From assembly GCA_951406725.2 (NCBI GenBank), contig OX597818.1:26784001-26848000 (forward strand): 64,000 nucleotides of DNA. Direction: 5' to 3'. Position numbers and translations under genes: made by a program. Position 1 is the stretch's first letter. Every line of letters starts with the position of its first letter. The stretch comes from Octopus vulgaris. Taxonomy: Eukaryota. The notes under the pieces are model-generated. The model searched no databases. It was given only the letters and a program-made list of their open reading frames with translations, and was not told where the DNA came from. Shown piece by piece: positions 1-14,695 of this stretch.

Positions 1-3000
1 ACAACAACAAAACATTCCTTTCAGAATAAAAACTATAATACAAGTAATACAGACGCATTCAAAGTTTATTGACTTCTTAGTCCAGGATGCAGACATCCAA
101 AGTTGCTCTAGTTTTTTGTTTTTGTGACCACTATGTGGCAACTACATGAAATTTTACACAACAGTAGAGAAAAATATGATTAACTCGTCGAGCATGAAAA
201 GTGCATATTAATGAATTATACTTTTAATATTTCATAGTTATGTTTGTCACCCACTTGAGTCAAAAATTGGAAACTAGGCCAATGGCATGTGTATTAGACT
301 TCCTTTTTTGTTGTGAAGGAAAGATTGTAGTGTACAGAATGTTGAAACAAATCTGATTTCAGAATAAATAAGACTGTGAACTTAAATTTACATACTATTA
401 GAGGGTCTTTTTCTTGGTTTTTACTTGAAATATTTTCACTTACTGAGACATATTTGCAAACCATTTAAATTAAATGGAAATGGGGGAGGGGAGGGGAGGG
501 AAGTTTATGGAGTGTAAATTTTGTCTTTGTGTGGGTGTGTGTGTGCCCTTGTCTAGACATCATGTTATGGTTGTAAATAAGCATCATGGTCATACAAGCA
601 ACATTGTTTGTTTCCAGTCATTGGTGAAAAACATATTTGGTCATGGGGAAATACTACCTTCCTTAGAATTAGATGAGGGTCAGCAACACCAGCCATAGAA
701 AATCTGCCTCAAATTCTGTTTAACCCATGCAAGCTTGGAAAAGTGTACATTAAACGATGACAATGATAATAAAGATGATGAAAGACAATTTTAAGTTGCA
801 ATCACATAATTTGCATTAATATATTAGCAGAATTAATAGAACAGCAGATTTGATCCAGAACTTGTTGTTAGCTACTGTAAAACCATTGAACAACAGTGTG
901 ATCCACTTGAGGAATTTTCATCTCAGAAATATAAGAACTGTATTATCCAATCAATACAGAGCCAACATAAAACATCAATGGAAGTTTATAAGTCTTAAAA
1001 CTTCACTCTGAAACTGCCTACAGCCCTAGTGTAATGGATGAAGGCACTGTTTAATGCAGTGCAGTCATCTAAAGGTTCTGAGCTCAATCCCAGACAAGGC
1101 ACTAAAGTGAATCACAAGACACCTGCTGATGGCAAAACATCTGAAAGCAACAATCAACTAATACATAATATGAAAAATTCCTCACTGCAGAAATATAATT
1201 GTAGATGCACAATATTGTACATGAGTAGGTTGTATCTGGATGCCATAAATTTTGAATGAACAGAAATATATTTTATACTTAAACTCTAGGGTTGCAATTC
1301 TATTTTTTATTTCTTCTTTTACATCTCTTCTTCCCTATGCCACTTATCCATACACACACACACACACACATGATTTTATATTTAATTAAATGCACTTATC
1401 AGGGCAATATTATTGCAGTTTCTCACATCTCCTTGAAGTTATGGTCATTAGACATGTCTGACAAATTTGTCCTTTTGAGCAAGAATGGTCTTTTGTTTGA
1501 GAAATGAAAAGGAAGTGATGGCTATTTATGTTCTTAGCATGCTAGGAAACAAAGTTTATTTTTGATAAATAATTAGCACTAGAATAATAAAAAGGCAGTC
1601 AGAGATTATGGTCAGCTAGTTATCTTTCCTGATATGAGAGGTTTACTCTCAGTTGAAAGATAGAAAGAAAAGGAGGGAAGAGAAAAATGGTGTCTACCCA
1701 CAGAATGAACCAGTGAAAAACAAGGTTGGAAAAAAAGGAGTAGAAAAAAAAGAAAAATTAAAAGATTGTAGAAGAAGCACATGCGCGCATCCAACCACAA
1801 GATCAGCATTCTTACAGTGGTAAAGTACAAACCAGAGAATGTATTTTCTCTTGTGTAAGCATGAAGCAAATGTCTTGGATTTTGTATTCAAGTACAGCCC
1901 AGGTATGAACAAGTATTTCTAATACTATCGGTCATTTCCCAACAATACATTACTCACACTTTCAATTAATCCCTGCTGTTATAACTAACAGCTTTTCCTT
2001 TCAAAAACAAAGCATATTTGGCTACTTTCAGGATATTTCCCTTTTTGTACTTCCTAAAGGAGGACATACGATTATGTATGCATGTGTGTGTGTGTGTACA
2101 TATCTACTGAATGATACTTCTGTCATTCCATTTCTTGCAGATTATTAAGTCCAATGTAGGTAAAGCTTGACATTTAATGAGAAAGAGGATGTAAACCAGA
2201 GAACTTTATGATATCGTTTTCTTCTTCAGTGATTGGGGTCCAGGATTGGAGAGATTGGAAATATAACTAATTTTCTGTGTGAAACTGCTTCCTACAAGGA
2301 TGTTTCTTTTATTGTAATAGGGAGCCACTCTATCAAATATCATCTTATATAAGATTATATTTAACTCTATTTCATATATTGGAAGCATTTTTTTATGTCA
2401 AATTGACCTTATTGATACTATATTTAACAGAGGAGATGACAAAAGACCATGCTGAAATCACACTCAGTTTTTCTCCAATCTATAATAATAAATGCAAAAT
2501 TCTATCAGTCTGTCACACCTGTATCTCAATCTACATTTGCTCTACATAGACATATTATACCTTTTGGGAATCAGGATGATCCCAGGATTGAAAATCTGCC
2601 TTTCATTTGGTTCTCAAACATCCAGTATTGGGAACCGGTCTGGATGGGGATTTGTTATATGCTAACAGTTGGAAATTCAAATTTTAAAAAAAACTCACAA
2701 AATTTGTGAACTTGTAAGTTTTTCACTTAAACTGAATTTTAAGTAATACCATATTGGTAGGGCACCAATAACTGCTTTATTATTGGTCTCTATAGTTTTG
2801 GGTCACAGTCCCAATTAGCCTTCTGCAGGAACTAGCCTAACAGTCCACATGGAGTGCAGCTTTTAAGCTAGTAAGAAAATAAATCTATACCACAAGATGA
2901 TGTGCTTTGGTTTGGTGCTTTAACAATTGTGTCACAGCATTTTATTTTTCTTAAAGCACTATAAAATATTTTTGTGATCTAACCATTCCATGGCAACTAT

Positions 3001-4149
3001 TCCTAGATATAAGCATCAAACTTACACCACTCAATCAGTAAATACGTTTTTTGATTACTTTTTGGAGATGTACTGTTATCTTTGTTGCTATTATTTGTAT
3101 TTAAACATAAGTCAGCTGTAATCAAAAGAGATACCTATGATCAATGGTGCCCCATTTGTGACCACCCCATCTTATTTTCAGACTACTCTATCCAGTATGT
3201 TCTCCCCTTATTTAAAATAGTAGGGTGTGATTTGGGGGAAAGTTTGCTGGTATTTCCAGCAAGTCAAGCACCTACTTAGAGCCTCCCACATTGCCAGAGG
3301 CTTCTCGACATAGTAGCTAGGCCTTAAGAGTTAGTTTTAACATATCTTCAGCATTGTAAAGTATATAATTGGAAATAGTAGAAAGAAGTTCATTATAAAG
3401 TCAGATATGTATTAAATGAATGACAGATTCTTGTTTGATTGGATAAATTACAATAGCAAAGATTGTCTGGCCTTTTTTCAAAATACAAGATTTCATTATA
3501 GTCTCTTTGGTAAAATATATTGTTCAACTTGTCTCAATTTATCTTACAGTTATAACTTTATGGTAAAACAACTGGATATATAATCCAGTAAGTTACCAGT
3601 TACTAAGTGTCAAATGGATGGACTACATGTGGCCAAATTGACTAGCTGGGAAGTAATCCTTCATATACTATGCTTATTGTTTTTAAATTTCAATTCACAC
3701 TGTTTTCTCATTAAAATTTGATTTGTATTGTCTTTTGGAAAAAGACGGGATTGATCACAGTTTGAATACTTTTAACATTACAAATGTGAGAAGAATCTCT
3801 CAAACCATAGATAACAATGTGAAGCACAACTGAAAAATTTGAAAGAAAATCCCTTTGCCCCTTGGAGTGCTTTCATTCTTAATTTGTTTGTTTTTCTTAA
3901 GAACTTATTGTTCATATGTACCACTAAATGTCTGTTTTTGTGTATTGTTTCGTTAAGACTGCCTTTATGATTTTTTTTTTTTTTTTTTGGTGATATCAAT
4001 ATAACAAATTTCTCAGTGGATTTATCTTTATATACCATAAATTTCCTTGTAATAGAATTCTACCTATAATCTATAAAATTTTATGTTGTTCATAATCTAC
4101 AAACCTATGTTGCTATGTTCCTGGTATATTCTTTTTCTAGTTGATGTCA

Positions 4150-5556
4150 TCTGAAGGGTAAAAAAATATATTAATCAAACAATCGAACTAACATTTAGAT
4201 ATACTCTCCTTCGCAGTAGTCAGCACTGTGTCTAACATCATCATCTGAAGTTTTGATACCTCCTTTGGGTGTGTTGCCCTACATCACTCATAAAGTAAAT
4301 TTGAAGGAACTGTGGTTGTTCATTTGTGGGTAACAAGGAACCAGTGAGGGGATAGACTTGTCCTTGAACTTTAAACATCGGTGTAAATCCATGTTCAACT
4401 ATCTTAGATGCACCAAACGATCTCATTTGAAATGCAGAGTTGTATTGTCTGATATTGTTCAGAAAACCCTTTGACTCGATTGAAGTGCTTGCCAGAAGCT
4501 CTATAAGAGGTTGAGGAGGAGCTGGTAGTGCTAGCAATCTTACATTACCACCTGAGCAGTGCATGCCATTAGTTTCATTTGTAAATTTTAAAGCTTTGCA
4601 GAAATTACAATTTGAGTTTAGCACACCAATTTGGACAAAATTATCGTTTTTATAAGAATGAGATGGATCTTATCTCAAAGCAGCTCCAGGAGTTGTGAAA
4701 AACGAATTTGTATGTAGTTTGTTTCTGAGAGCTATTCTATTGGACAGCTCTCTAATCATTAAAACGTTTTAATGATTCAGCATTAAGTGCTGCAGCATGC
4801 ATTTGCTGATCTTGGGGAAAGTCTCATCTCCTTTCTCTCTTGACACTCTCACCTTTAGTTTTCTACAATCCTCCTTACTTTATACTTGTTTCAGGAGAGA
4901 TTGGCTTTTCTTTGATCGCATTTTTTTTTCAATATTGTAAACCAAAAATTATGAACATAGAAGTTATACAGTAATCTCTATTATTGTAAGTAGTTGTGTG
5001 TAAGTAGTATGTCTTTCTTCTGTAAGCAGAATAAATTAACCAAATATAAGCAAATTAACCAAGTAGAAGCACATGTACGAACTGCTAATTTAACAGTAAG
5101 TTTGCAATTGTTGTGATAATTATTAATTGGTAATTGAATGGTAAATGTGTATTTTTATATGCATTGGACCTGACACCTCATTGTTTTGTGTCAAGAGTTT
5201 CACCTCCAGCCATACATTATGTCAGTCAACACACATACACTTACACGCCATTCCACTGTTGTGGCCGTAAAGATGGAAAGTTGCCAACGTGTAATGTTGT
5301 TCACATTAGGATATAATTAGAATTAAATGTGAAACAATATTGTATCACATTACAATATAGATGTTATTCTTTCACTTTTGACATGTAATACCAAAACAGT
5401 GCCAATGTTGTATTGTTTTAATCCAAATGAAAAAAAAAATTACATGTTGACACTCATGGGGTCTGATACTATTACCATGTAAAATTTGATTTGGTTTGGT
5501 TGAGCCATTTAAGAATGCATTGGGAACAGACAGACAAAGAATTTTATATATATAGA
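4150..5556 (-). mobile_element. 5' part of an autonomous-type Helitron (Rep N-terminal fragment)
   Basis: Minus-strand 5' end A|TCTATATATATAAAA at 5556. ORF 4241-4624 has C..G.V.L, F..NIRQYNSAFQM.SFGA and FKVQGQVY..TGSLLP, typical of the Helitron Rep N-terminus. The left boundary is approximate. Confidence 0.8.
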
Positions 5557-6965
5557 TGCATTATAATTTTTTGTTTTATTTTAATGCACCAATTGTTAAA
5601 GGGTTGAATTGAATGACCACATAAATCTACTTAAACAAAGCAAAAGCATGTCAAAAAACCTACTTCTTGATATAGGAAGCAATTTTATTTTTGTGATTTT
5701 GTAAGAGACAAGATTGATATATTTTCATTGAAATATGTTTCTATTCATGGAGGCAATGCTGGTCTGACATGAGGTATTTTTATTATACGTGTATGTCACA
5801 GAAGAGGAGTGAAGAATGGTATTATCTATGTAAGAATGTGTAATGTTTGAAGAGCTAGCAAGAAAATCAGTAATGTTTGGATGAAATATTTTGAAAGACA
5901 TATATCAACTCTAGTATACCCTAGAGCACAATCATTTATTTATTTCTATTTATGGATGATCTTTTCTAGCGAAACATCTCCTAAGCTTTACAATTTGAAA
6001 CCAACAGTTTAAAAATTTTTAATTAAATTTTTCATTTATCATTTTGTTTGAACTATTGTAGCATCTGGATAACTGAAAAAAGGAAGTCATTTCTTTTTTA
6101 AATTATGTTTTTCTCCTTGAAACATTTATGGAGTAAAAATTTACATGAAAGCAATTTGTTATGCTTCATAATTCGATAAATTAAAGTTTTCCAGTAATCT
6201 TGTTTAAGTGATAAAGAATTTAATCAAGATTTTCCCTCTTTCAAAATCTCAAATTTCCTTGAACAGGAAAATGAGAAAAAGAGAAAATTTAATTCTTAAT
6301 ATTTTAAAGCTTTTATCAACTGACTGGAAGGCATATAAATTAAAAGATCCATTAAATTGTTTCATATGATTCTGTCATTCACATTGAATTAATAGCTTAG
6401 TAAAGAATTTCAATTTCAAAACATTTAAAGATTATAAAATTATAATATTAGCTGTTCAGTTGATACAAAAATCTCATATTGTGATAAAGAACTGCACATA
6501 ATATTTAATGCAAAGAATCGGAAAGGGAAATGCAGGATAAGAGCCAGAAAATTAGTACATGAGCAATTGACTCTGACAACCAAAGGGTAGCTAGTTAAAT
6601 TAAATCATTTTATTTGTGGAAAATCCATAAAAAACTTTAAAATTAATTCCCTTAAATAATTTAGATATTTTTTCATAAAAATAAGTATTTTATTTAATGG
6701 CTAATTTAATAACTGAATATAAATTCCATTGATTTTATTTTCATGGAATGGAAACAATACTGTTTTGCTGGATTTTAACCAAAGCAGTAAATGGTGATGT
6801 AGGAATTATGTCTAAACAGGGCCTTTAAGAGACGGGTTCAACTGGTACATCAGTCCAGAACCAGAGAGTCAGGAAGAGCATGTGAGTATCTGATGGGCCT
6901 CTCCCTAAAAAAATAGAAAACATAAAACAGCCACCCAAATCACAGCTCTCTTGAATTTTGAGCAG

Positions 6966-7004
<39 letters not shown>

Positions 7005-10000
7005 TTAAATAAGCCAAAGAGCATTGATGTTCTACTTTTCAAAGTTTCTCATAGAGGTCCTATGCAAGAATATATTCTTTCATTTATTTTCAAAATAAAG
7101 CGACCATTTCACACAAGCGAGGCATCTTGATAAAGGTTATAATTATTATTGTCAGTTTAGTGAAGCAGACTCTACGAAATGACTAAAAGGATGGGAGCCA
7201 GGGATATGTATCTTATGTATCTTTGTTCTAGAATGATATTGCATTTTATGTAGTTAAAAAAGTATCTGCTTCACCCCGCCTGCATACACTTTAGCTACTC
7301 TATAGATTGCAAAGAAAAATATTGCAAGAGAAGGAGAGTGTTCAACTCACTTACCACCAATATTTCAGTGATCTGAGAATGCTTGTCCATCATAGCAAAA
7401 CTGATTCTGAAAGCATATGTACAAATCAAAGCCCAGTTCATCCATCAAACTTTCCTCACCCCACCCCCTCTTTTGTTTATCATTAATCCCTCAATCACTT
7501 ATCTAACTGAATATTCTGTTGCTGTAATTAAATGAGTGCAGAACTATATATTTCATCATCATCTTCTGATACCAGTTATCTTTCTTACTGCCTGGAACCA
7601 CTTCGCTTGACATCCATTCCTCTTTTACCCCTCTCTGTACTGCTAGTCATCACCTACTCTCCCCTGCCTACCCTCCATCTGAAATTTATCATCAACCACG
7701 CCTCAATCCTTATTTACCTCCCACTATATTCATCTTCTGCCCTACACCATTTCTAATCATTCCTCACTCTCCCTATACACTCTTGAAACCTCACCCACAC
7801 TTCCTGTCCTTCTGTCCCCTACTCCTATCCACTTGGTACCTGAAGGCTCACACTGACCCCACATAACCACCATCTTTATCTTTGTTCCCAGTCCCACCTT
7901 AATTACTCTCACCCACTCTTATATAAGGAGTTAGTAGAAATATATATATATGTATCTCTTCTACAAGCAAGAAGCCTGTTCCAGCCCACTTCTTTCATAA
8001 TTTAATCTCTCATCGCTTAGCAAAAAGCTGCCTACACCTCGACTGTAGTCAATGACAACCTCACTTGTGTTTACATCATGAAAAAAAGCACTCAGTACAA
8101 TTTAAAGTGTATGATTTAAATCATTAGAAAGAACATCTAGCTATGATAACCTTGCAAAAGTAGATATCTATGCTTGTATGGATCTGGTGGAATTTGTTGA
8201 GGCAGATTTTCTATGGCCAGATGCCCTCCCTGTTGCCAACTGTAACCTGTTTCTAATCAAAGTAATATTTCCCATGCCCAGGTCGGTTTGTGTGTGTAGT
8301 GTACCAATATAGACAAAAGATTATAATTAATAAGGGTGGTATTCAAGTAGTCCTATGAAACTGAAATGGAATGAGGAAATTGAGATCAGGGAATTGACAA
8401 GTCAGTTTCTCTGCAACTCTCAACAACTCAGAGCTATTAAGATAGAAAAAAATACAGTATGTACTCCAATATTTTCCTTCAATACTCATAATCACCACAA
8501 AATTTAGAAAATATACATCTAACTGTTGTAAGATTGATAAATATTGTTAGGATAATTCAACTACTTCTTGTTAGGAAACTGGATATTTGGTCAAAGGATA
8601 TATATATATATAAAACAATAATAAATCTCTGAGCAAGATGTAAACAGTAGCAGCACAATATCGTGAAGTATATTTGCCACCTAAATGTGGCTGACCCATA
8701 TGGGACAATGCTACTGTAGTTTATAGCCCAAGGAAGATATCTCCTCCAGTTGGCCAACAACACACTGTCTGTGCCTGATCAGTATTTGTGAAGGGAAATC
8801 AATGTTCCCATGTGATTGTTAAGCAAGCTACTTACCACACAGCCACTCCTATATGCATATATAAAATAATTACAAGAAATGTGGAGACTGGTATATCTGC
8901 ATATTTTTATTTTTACAGTTAATTATACAGTATAATTGGTTTAGGTGTGACCAACAAATGCTTCTGCTGCATAGGGCTGTTGCATGGGCTGTTGCATTTG
9001 CAACCAGCTATTTTTAACTCTGCGCCTTTATCCAAGGTCTGTCCACAAATGTGGTTTGAAGTGAACTGAGTTTATTTGTGTGTGGCTCATGTATTTTGCT
9101 AGGTTACTATGGTTTTAGATAGAAAGAAGAAAGTGAGGGGGAGATTTAGAATCTAAATATGGCTACAAAAAATACTTCATGTTTGACCTCAACTCAGCCT
9201 TAGGTTTTAGGATGAAACTGAGAGTCCTAGGCCCTAAAGTAGGTCAAAGTGTATTTCCCAGTGTTTCGAACAACAGCTGGGTATAAAATAAGATTAAATA
9301 AGGATAAATTAAATTCTTTCATATTAAATTAGATATATGTGGTATTAGGAACTTATTTGTGATGGCAATTTGAAAATTTCTCTGTGTAATCAAGTTTTAA
9401 TTTATATGCAGTTTCTACACTCTATGTATGTTGCTATGATTTATAAAAAAAGCTATTTTAACTTAATGAGAATATTGATTACTACTTGAAAGCCAAACCA
9501 GATTTATCCTGTAAATTCAGACATCTTCCATTTGTATGATGGATACTAACTTACTCATCACTTGTATGGAAGTATTTAAAGGTTCTCCTATGAAAGTGTG
9601 AATATCTGGAAAATTTCCTCTGTGCACATGTTGCATATTTTTCCTCTTGTTATATAAGATGCAGCTATACTAATTTTTTGCCAATTTTGTATTCATGCTT
9701 GCATTTCTATCTTTAAGGGACCAAATGAACATGCTTTAGCTGGTGTTGTGCATTTTCATCCTATCCTTAAACAAATCTAAATGAAGTTTGTCAAGCATGC
9801 ACCTATAAAGAAGTGGGACAAATTTTCTTTTTTCTACAACTACAAACATTTTTTCCTTATTAATCCTACCTATGTTAGAGGGACTAGAACTAGATATCCT
9901 CCTTGTTTCTGTAACTATTCATCTACTATTGTTTACATTTTCACTATTGTCTGAGGGTTTCTATCCTATTATGCCTAGCAATTGCTATACCCAGTCTAGT

Positions 10001-10915
10001 TTCTGAAGGAATTGTGACAGTCATCTCTCCTCCACTGTCTGCCTCTATTAGGGTGCTCATTTCCCTGCAACTATATTTAATTGTAGTATTCAGGATCCTT
10101 CAAGGCTGGCTATTTATTTCTTTGGCTCTAGGTTGCCACCATTAGGAGTACTGGTATTACTATTATTTCTGCTAACTACTTTATTGCTGTCTCCAGAACT
10201 CTAGAATTCAGATATTCTCCTAGTATTATGTATCACTATAATTTGTGTTAGGTTGTTGCTTGTAGAGAAGGCTAATCTGACATTGTGTCTATTAAAGATT
10301 TTATGATATTTGTTCAATTTAGGCAATCATACCAGTCTCCGTATTCATTGTAATTGTTTGGGATTTACACTCCCAAAAATATTCATAATCCAGTGAAGCA
10401 AACTCAGGATTTACTCATCAGATCAACTGCAATGGCATTGCTCATCATAAGTAATCCTAGATGCTCCTTACTACTTGATGCAGTTAGCCTGAACCCAGAC
10501 TGTACCTAAGTGCTCATCCATTTTCTATGCTGGCATGGGTTGGGTGGATTGACAGAAGCTGACCAGGCTCCATTTGTTTGTTTTGGCACGGCTTCTATGG
10601 CTAAATGTCCTTCCTAAGATCAGCCACTTTACAGAGTGTACTGAGTGCTTTCAATGTGGGGCACTGGCATGGCTGCTTATTTCTTTTGTAAGAAATACTT
10701 GATACATTCACAATATTTGTAGACAGATTTTTTTAAAAGCTATTAACTATTTTTTTTTTAATCTTAGAAAAACAGAATAACACAAAACTTTTGGATTGAA
10801 GTTTCTATAATATGAAAACATCGTTCCAAAAGGTTCATGCCATTCTGTCTCTCCAACATATTATTAAAAATAGTTTTGAATTTTTAAGAAATTCTTTCCC
10901 CACATACACACACAT

Positions 10916-10985
<70 letters not shown>

Positions 10986-11037
10986 ATACACACATACACA
11001 TAAGTAAAACTTAAATAATTAATCTTTTATTTTTTAG

Positions 11038-11150
11038 AGTGACCAATATTCTCCAGGTTTCATGTGGTCTTCAAAAAGGAGATTTTGTTATGATTATTCT
11101 TCCAAGAATCCCAGAATGGTGGCTGCTGAATCTTGCAGCCTTTAAAGCAG
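11038..11150 (+). pseudogene. Intact copy of ACSM exon 3 in the upstream duplicate
   Basis: Same 113 nt and same AG/GT sites as 37606-37718. There are 3 substitutions: TGT>TTT (C>F), plus silent CGA>AGA and CTA>CTG. Confidence 0.93.
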
Positions 11151-11365
11151 GTAATCTTTGTTTTCTTACAATGCATTTAACATTTTTTAAAAATTTCTGT
11201 GATTTGAACTTTTGTTGAGAATCTGATACTAAAAACAGAAATGATGATAAATTGTTTTACTCAAAGGGATTTCATGACTATTTCTGTCCTAATGAATTAA
11301 AACAAAGGAACTGAAGTTACTGATTACAAATATTTCATTATAACTGTGTGTATTTTGCATGCATG

Positions 11366-11417
<52 letters not shown>

Positions 11418-11480
11418 TGTGCACGTGTGTAATACAAGAAGGCAATGAGCTCAAAAAAGAAAACAACACCAGGTTTTAAG

Positions 11481-11595
11481 AAACTTTTTATTAGCTTAAC
11501 ACTTAAAATGAAAGGGAAAGAGTCTTGACATTTTTGAGAAATTCATAATGTTTTGGATATATATATATATATGTGTGTGTGTATATATACACACA

Positions 11596-11648
<53 letters not shown>

Positions 11649-11728
11649 CATATCCAAAACTTTATGTATTTCTCAAAAATGTCAAGACTCTTTCCCTTCA
11701 TTTTAAGTGTTAAGCTAATAAAAAGTTT
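11481..11728. repeat. ~80-bp inverted repeat enclosing a (TA)/(TG)/(CA)n microsatellite
   Basis: AAACTTTTTATTAGCTTAACACTTAAAATGAAAGGGAAAGAGTCTTGACATTTTTGAGAAA... is mirrored at 11650-11728. Confidence 0.85.
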
Positions 11729-12599
11729 ATTTATATAGTTTTGGAGAGGTATATATCATGTTTGGGAAGAAATATATATATATGTGTGACATTTTTGAAA
11801 AATATATATTTGTTTATTAAGATAATGACACTTAACAAGACCAATCATATTACTTTCACCTTAGAATTTACCTGAGTGCAATAAAATGATGGAAGTCTAG
11901 GTTTATATATGTTTGTGATGATAAGATTTATCTGTCAAATGTCTGGTCAGTGTACTATGAAATAGTTTAGTATGTAAAGAATGTAGGGTGGAGAAACAAA
12001 GGGAAGGGGTGAGAATGGGACTAGATTAGTTGACCATTTGAGAGAGAAATAAAAGTCTAAATTTTAGAAGACTTGTTAAAGGTCATTGGAATGACATTTG
12101 ACAGTGAAAGGGGAAGACAAAGCAGAAGTGTGACATAGAAATGAAAAAAAGAAACTAGTAAAATAGCATAAAAGAAACGAAGTAATAGTATCCATAAAAA
12201 CAAAAATAAATAAAACACTGAATATAGTAAGCTATACTAGAGTTTTTCAGTTTTTAGTTTTTATATATTTATTTTATTGCCAACAGGGGGCAAAACATAG
12301 AGGGGACACGCAAGGACAGGCAAAGGGATTAAGTCGATTACATCAACTCCAGTGCGTAAGTGGTACTTATTTAATTGACCCGAAAAAAGATGAAAGGCAA
12401 AGTCGACCTCAGTGCAATTTGAACTCAGAACATAATGGCAGACAAAATACTGCTAAGCATTTTGCCCAGCATGCTAATGATTCTGTCAGCTTGCCGCCCT
12501 ATTTAGTTTTCATATATTATCATCGTCATCATCTAATGAGGAATAATAAACTGGGACCATTAACTGGGAATTGCTAAAAATAAAAATAAAAAGTTTTAA

Positions 12600-12775
12600 C
12601 CCTTTACCATTCAAATTACTCTGTCAAATGCTTATTTATTAACATAGCTTTGTATATATCATACATTAATCTTGTAGCTTTGAGATTTTGATGATGTGAT
12701 TATTAATTTCTAGAATGAGAATGTAGGGTATGTAGAATATTTGGGCCAGATATGGCCAGTTGGAATGCTAAAGGA
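12600..12775. mobile_element. piggyBac-like MITE
   Basis: TTAA|CCCTTTA...TAAAGGA|TTAA. Same family as ~54470-54690 and 60265-60595. Confidence 0.7.
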
Positions 12776-13419
12776 TTAAAGAAATAAGGTTAGTTATTGT
12801 CATCATCATCATGGTCCAATACAGTGTATTGGGAAAAAGTACAGTGTCTAAAAAAAATTTGAATGTTGGGTTTTTTTTTTATCTAGTTTAGAGGAAAAGA
12901 AATAAATCATTTACTTGAGGAGTACTAAGTAGTGTTGACTGAAATGTAGGTATGTACAGTCAAACATAGGAAGAGTTCTGCTGTGAAATATGCTTCTGGA
13001 GAGAAATTCTTCTTACAGACAATGTATGTGGAAAAACCACCCTTGTACTATGAATGATGTCATCAGATCTTAGGACATGTGTTTCTATGTTGTTAGGCTT
13101 CATAAACTACAGACACTGAATCCATTGTTCAGAGCCCACAAGGAAATGCTGTTTTTATATTTAAACAGCAACAATGCAGAAACATGGTCTAGTAGTATGG
13201 CTTTCATAGCTGAGTGGGATGTTTTTCATACTGATTGTCTAAAAGGAGAATTTCTCTCCAGAGACAATTTCTACAGCAAAAATCTTCCCATGTTTGAGTG
13301 GTTTTTGTACATTGTGTTCTCTTTTATTCTACTATTCAGAAAGAAAAATAAATATTTCATATGTGACAAACTTAAATATCTGTATGTGTATGTATCAGAT
13401 CTGTGGCTGAGGTAGAGTT

Positions 13420-14130
13420 CTAGTTAGATGGACGGTGACATAGTGATGAAATAGTAATGTAGACAGAGCCACAACACCTGAAAGACAGGCCTGGAAAGAT
13501 TGGGGAAAAAAAAGGTAGCAGAGGGTTGTACTCTGTAGATAGAAGAAAACTTAGACATCAAGTGAATTTAGCAAGGAAAGAAACAGAAACTACGAAGTTT
13601 GCTAATGTTCTGAGACATGAAGTGTTTCCAGATTACAGGACAATAGATGAGAGAGAATCAAGACAACAAGGGGAAAAGTGTATAGAATGATAAGTACAGT
13701 TTTTCTCTAACATTGAAAAGAAAGATGTACGGAGTGCTTTTCAGAGGATGTTGAATGCAGAGAATACATAGGAGAGAGACTTCCCAACAGGGGCCAGCAG
13801 AAGGACCATTCATTCAAATTGACGATTGTATGAGAGATAAAGTAGTTAAGGATAAAAAAGCAGAGAAAATACCTGATGCCAAGAAAATTACTGCTAAGAT
13901 GCTTAAAATGTTTGGCAGAGTAGTGTACAGGCTAGTTACTGATGTAGTCAGTCAAGTATAACAGATAGGTGTCATACTACCAAATGCCAGGCATAGTAGC
14001 ATTATTGTCAATTTCTACAAAGATATAGCTGATGCACTATACAGATGATATTACAGAAGTATCACACTGTTGTCTCAAGTTATGAAAAATTTAGAAAGAG
14101 TTGTCCAATTGATTAGAAAGGGAATTGAGC
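13420..14130 (+). mobile_element. Highly degenerate RTE/LINE fragment (region upstream of the RT core)
   Basis: ITAKMLK, IVNFYK..DAL...YRSITLLSQVMK..ERV remnants. A paralogous stub lies at 41735-41860. Confidence 0.6.
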
Positions 14131-14200
14131 TAAGTGTGTGTGTCTGTGTGTGTACATGCATGCCTACATGTGTGTGTGTGCGCGCATACATGTGCATATT

Positions 14201-14570
14201 TTACATCCGCCTTAACGAAGGCAGAGGTATTGTTTTCAGTCATAGTTGTTTGTTTTTTTGTCCATGGACAAGATATCTCAAGAACAGCTGGATGGATTTG
14301 GATGAAACTTTCAGGGATATTTGGCCCCATGACTGGCACGAACTGATTAAATTTGGAGATCAATCTGGTACCAGACAAGGATTCTGGATTATTTTTCCGG
14401 ATTTTTTATTTGATTTTTGAGAGTGGTCGGGTTCATTTTTAGTATTCTCGTTTGTGAGAACAGTTGAGTTTATTTCAGATATTCTCATTTTGAAAACCAT
14501 CTCTAGCTAATCATTGAGAGGATGTTGGTGTTACCTTGGTAGGGGTCTGTGCTCTCTGAGTGCTCTTGTT
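14201..14570 (+). mobile_element. HINE/DINE-1-like (Helentron-associated) non-autonomous element
   Basis: 5' hairpin TACATCCGCCTT..AAGGCAGAGGTA, (GTTT)n stretch, GGATTTGGATGAAACTTT core, subterminal inverted repeat and 3' stem GTGCTCTCTGAGTGC. Absent from the paralogous site at ~41870-41890. Confidence 0.65.
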
Positions 14571-14695
14571 AGCTATTACTTTATGTTGTTGTTCATATGC
14601 ATGTATACACACATATACACTGTCTCATATCACAATTACATTGATGTTCAGATAATCATTATTAAAGTAAGTCTCCCTCTTTTGTTTTTATGTAA

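Noticed and set aside
1612-1912. Short overlapping minus-strand ORFs and other 60-110 aa ORFs in introns
   Set aside because: No recognisable domain, low-complexity composition, and lengths expected by chance or from repeats.
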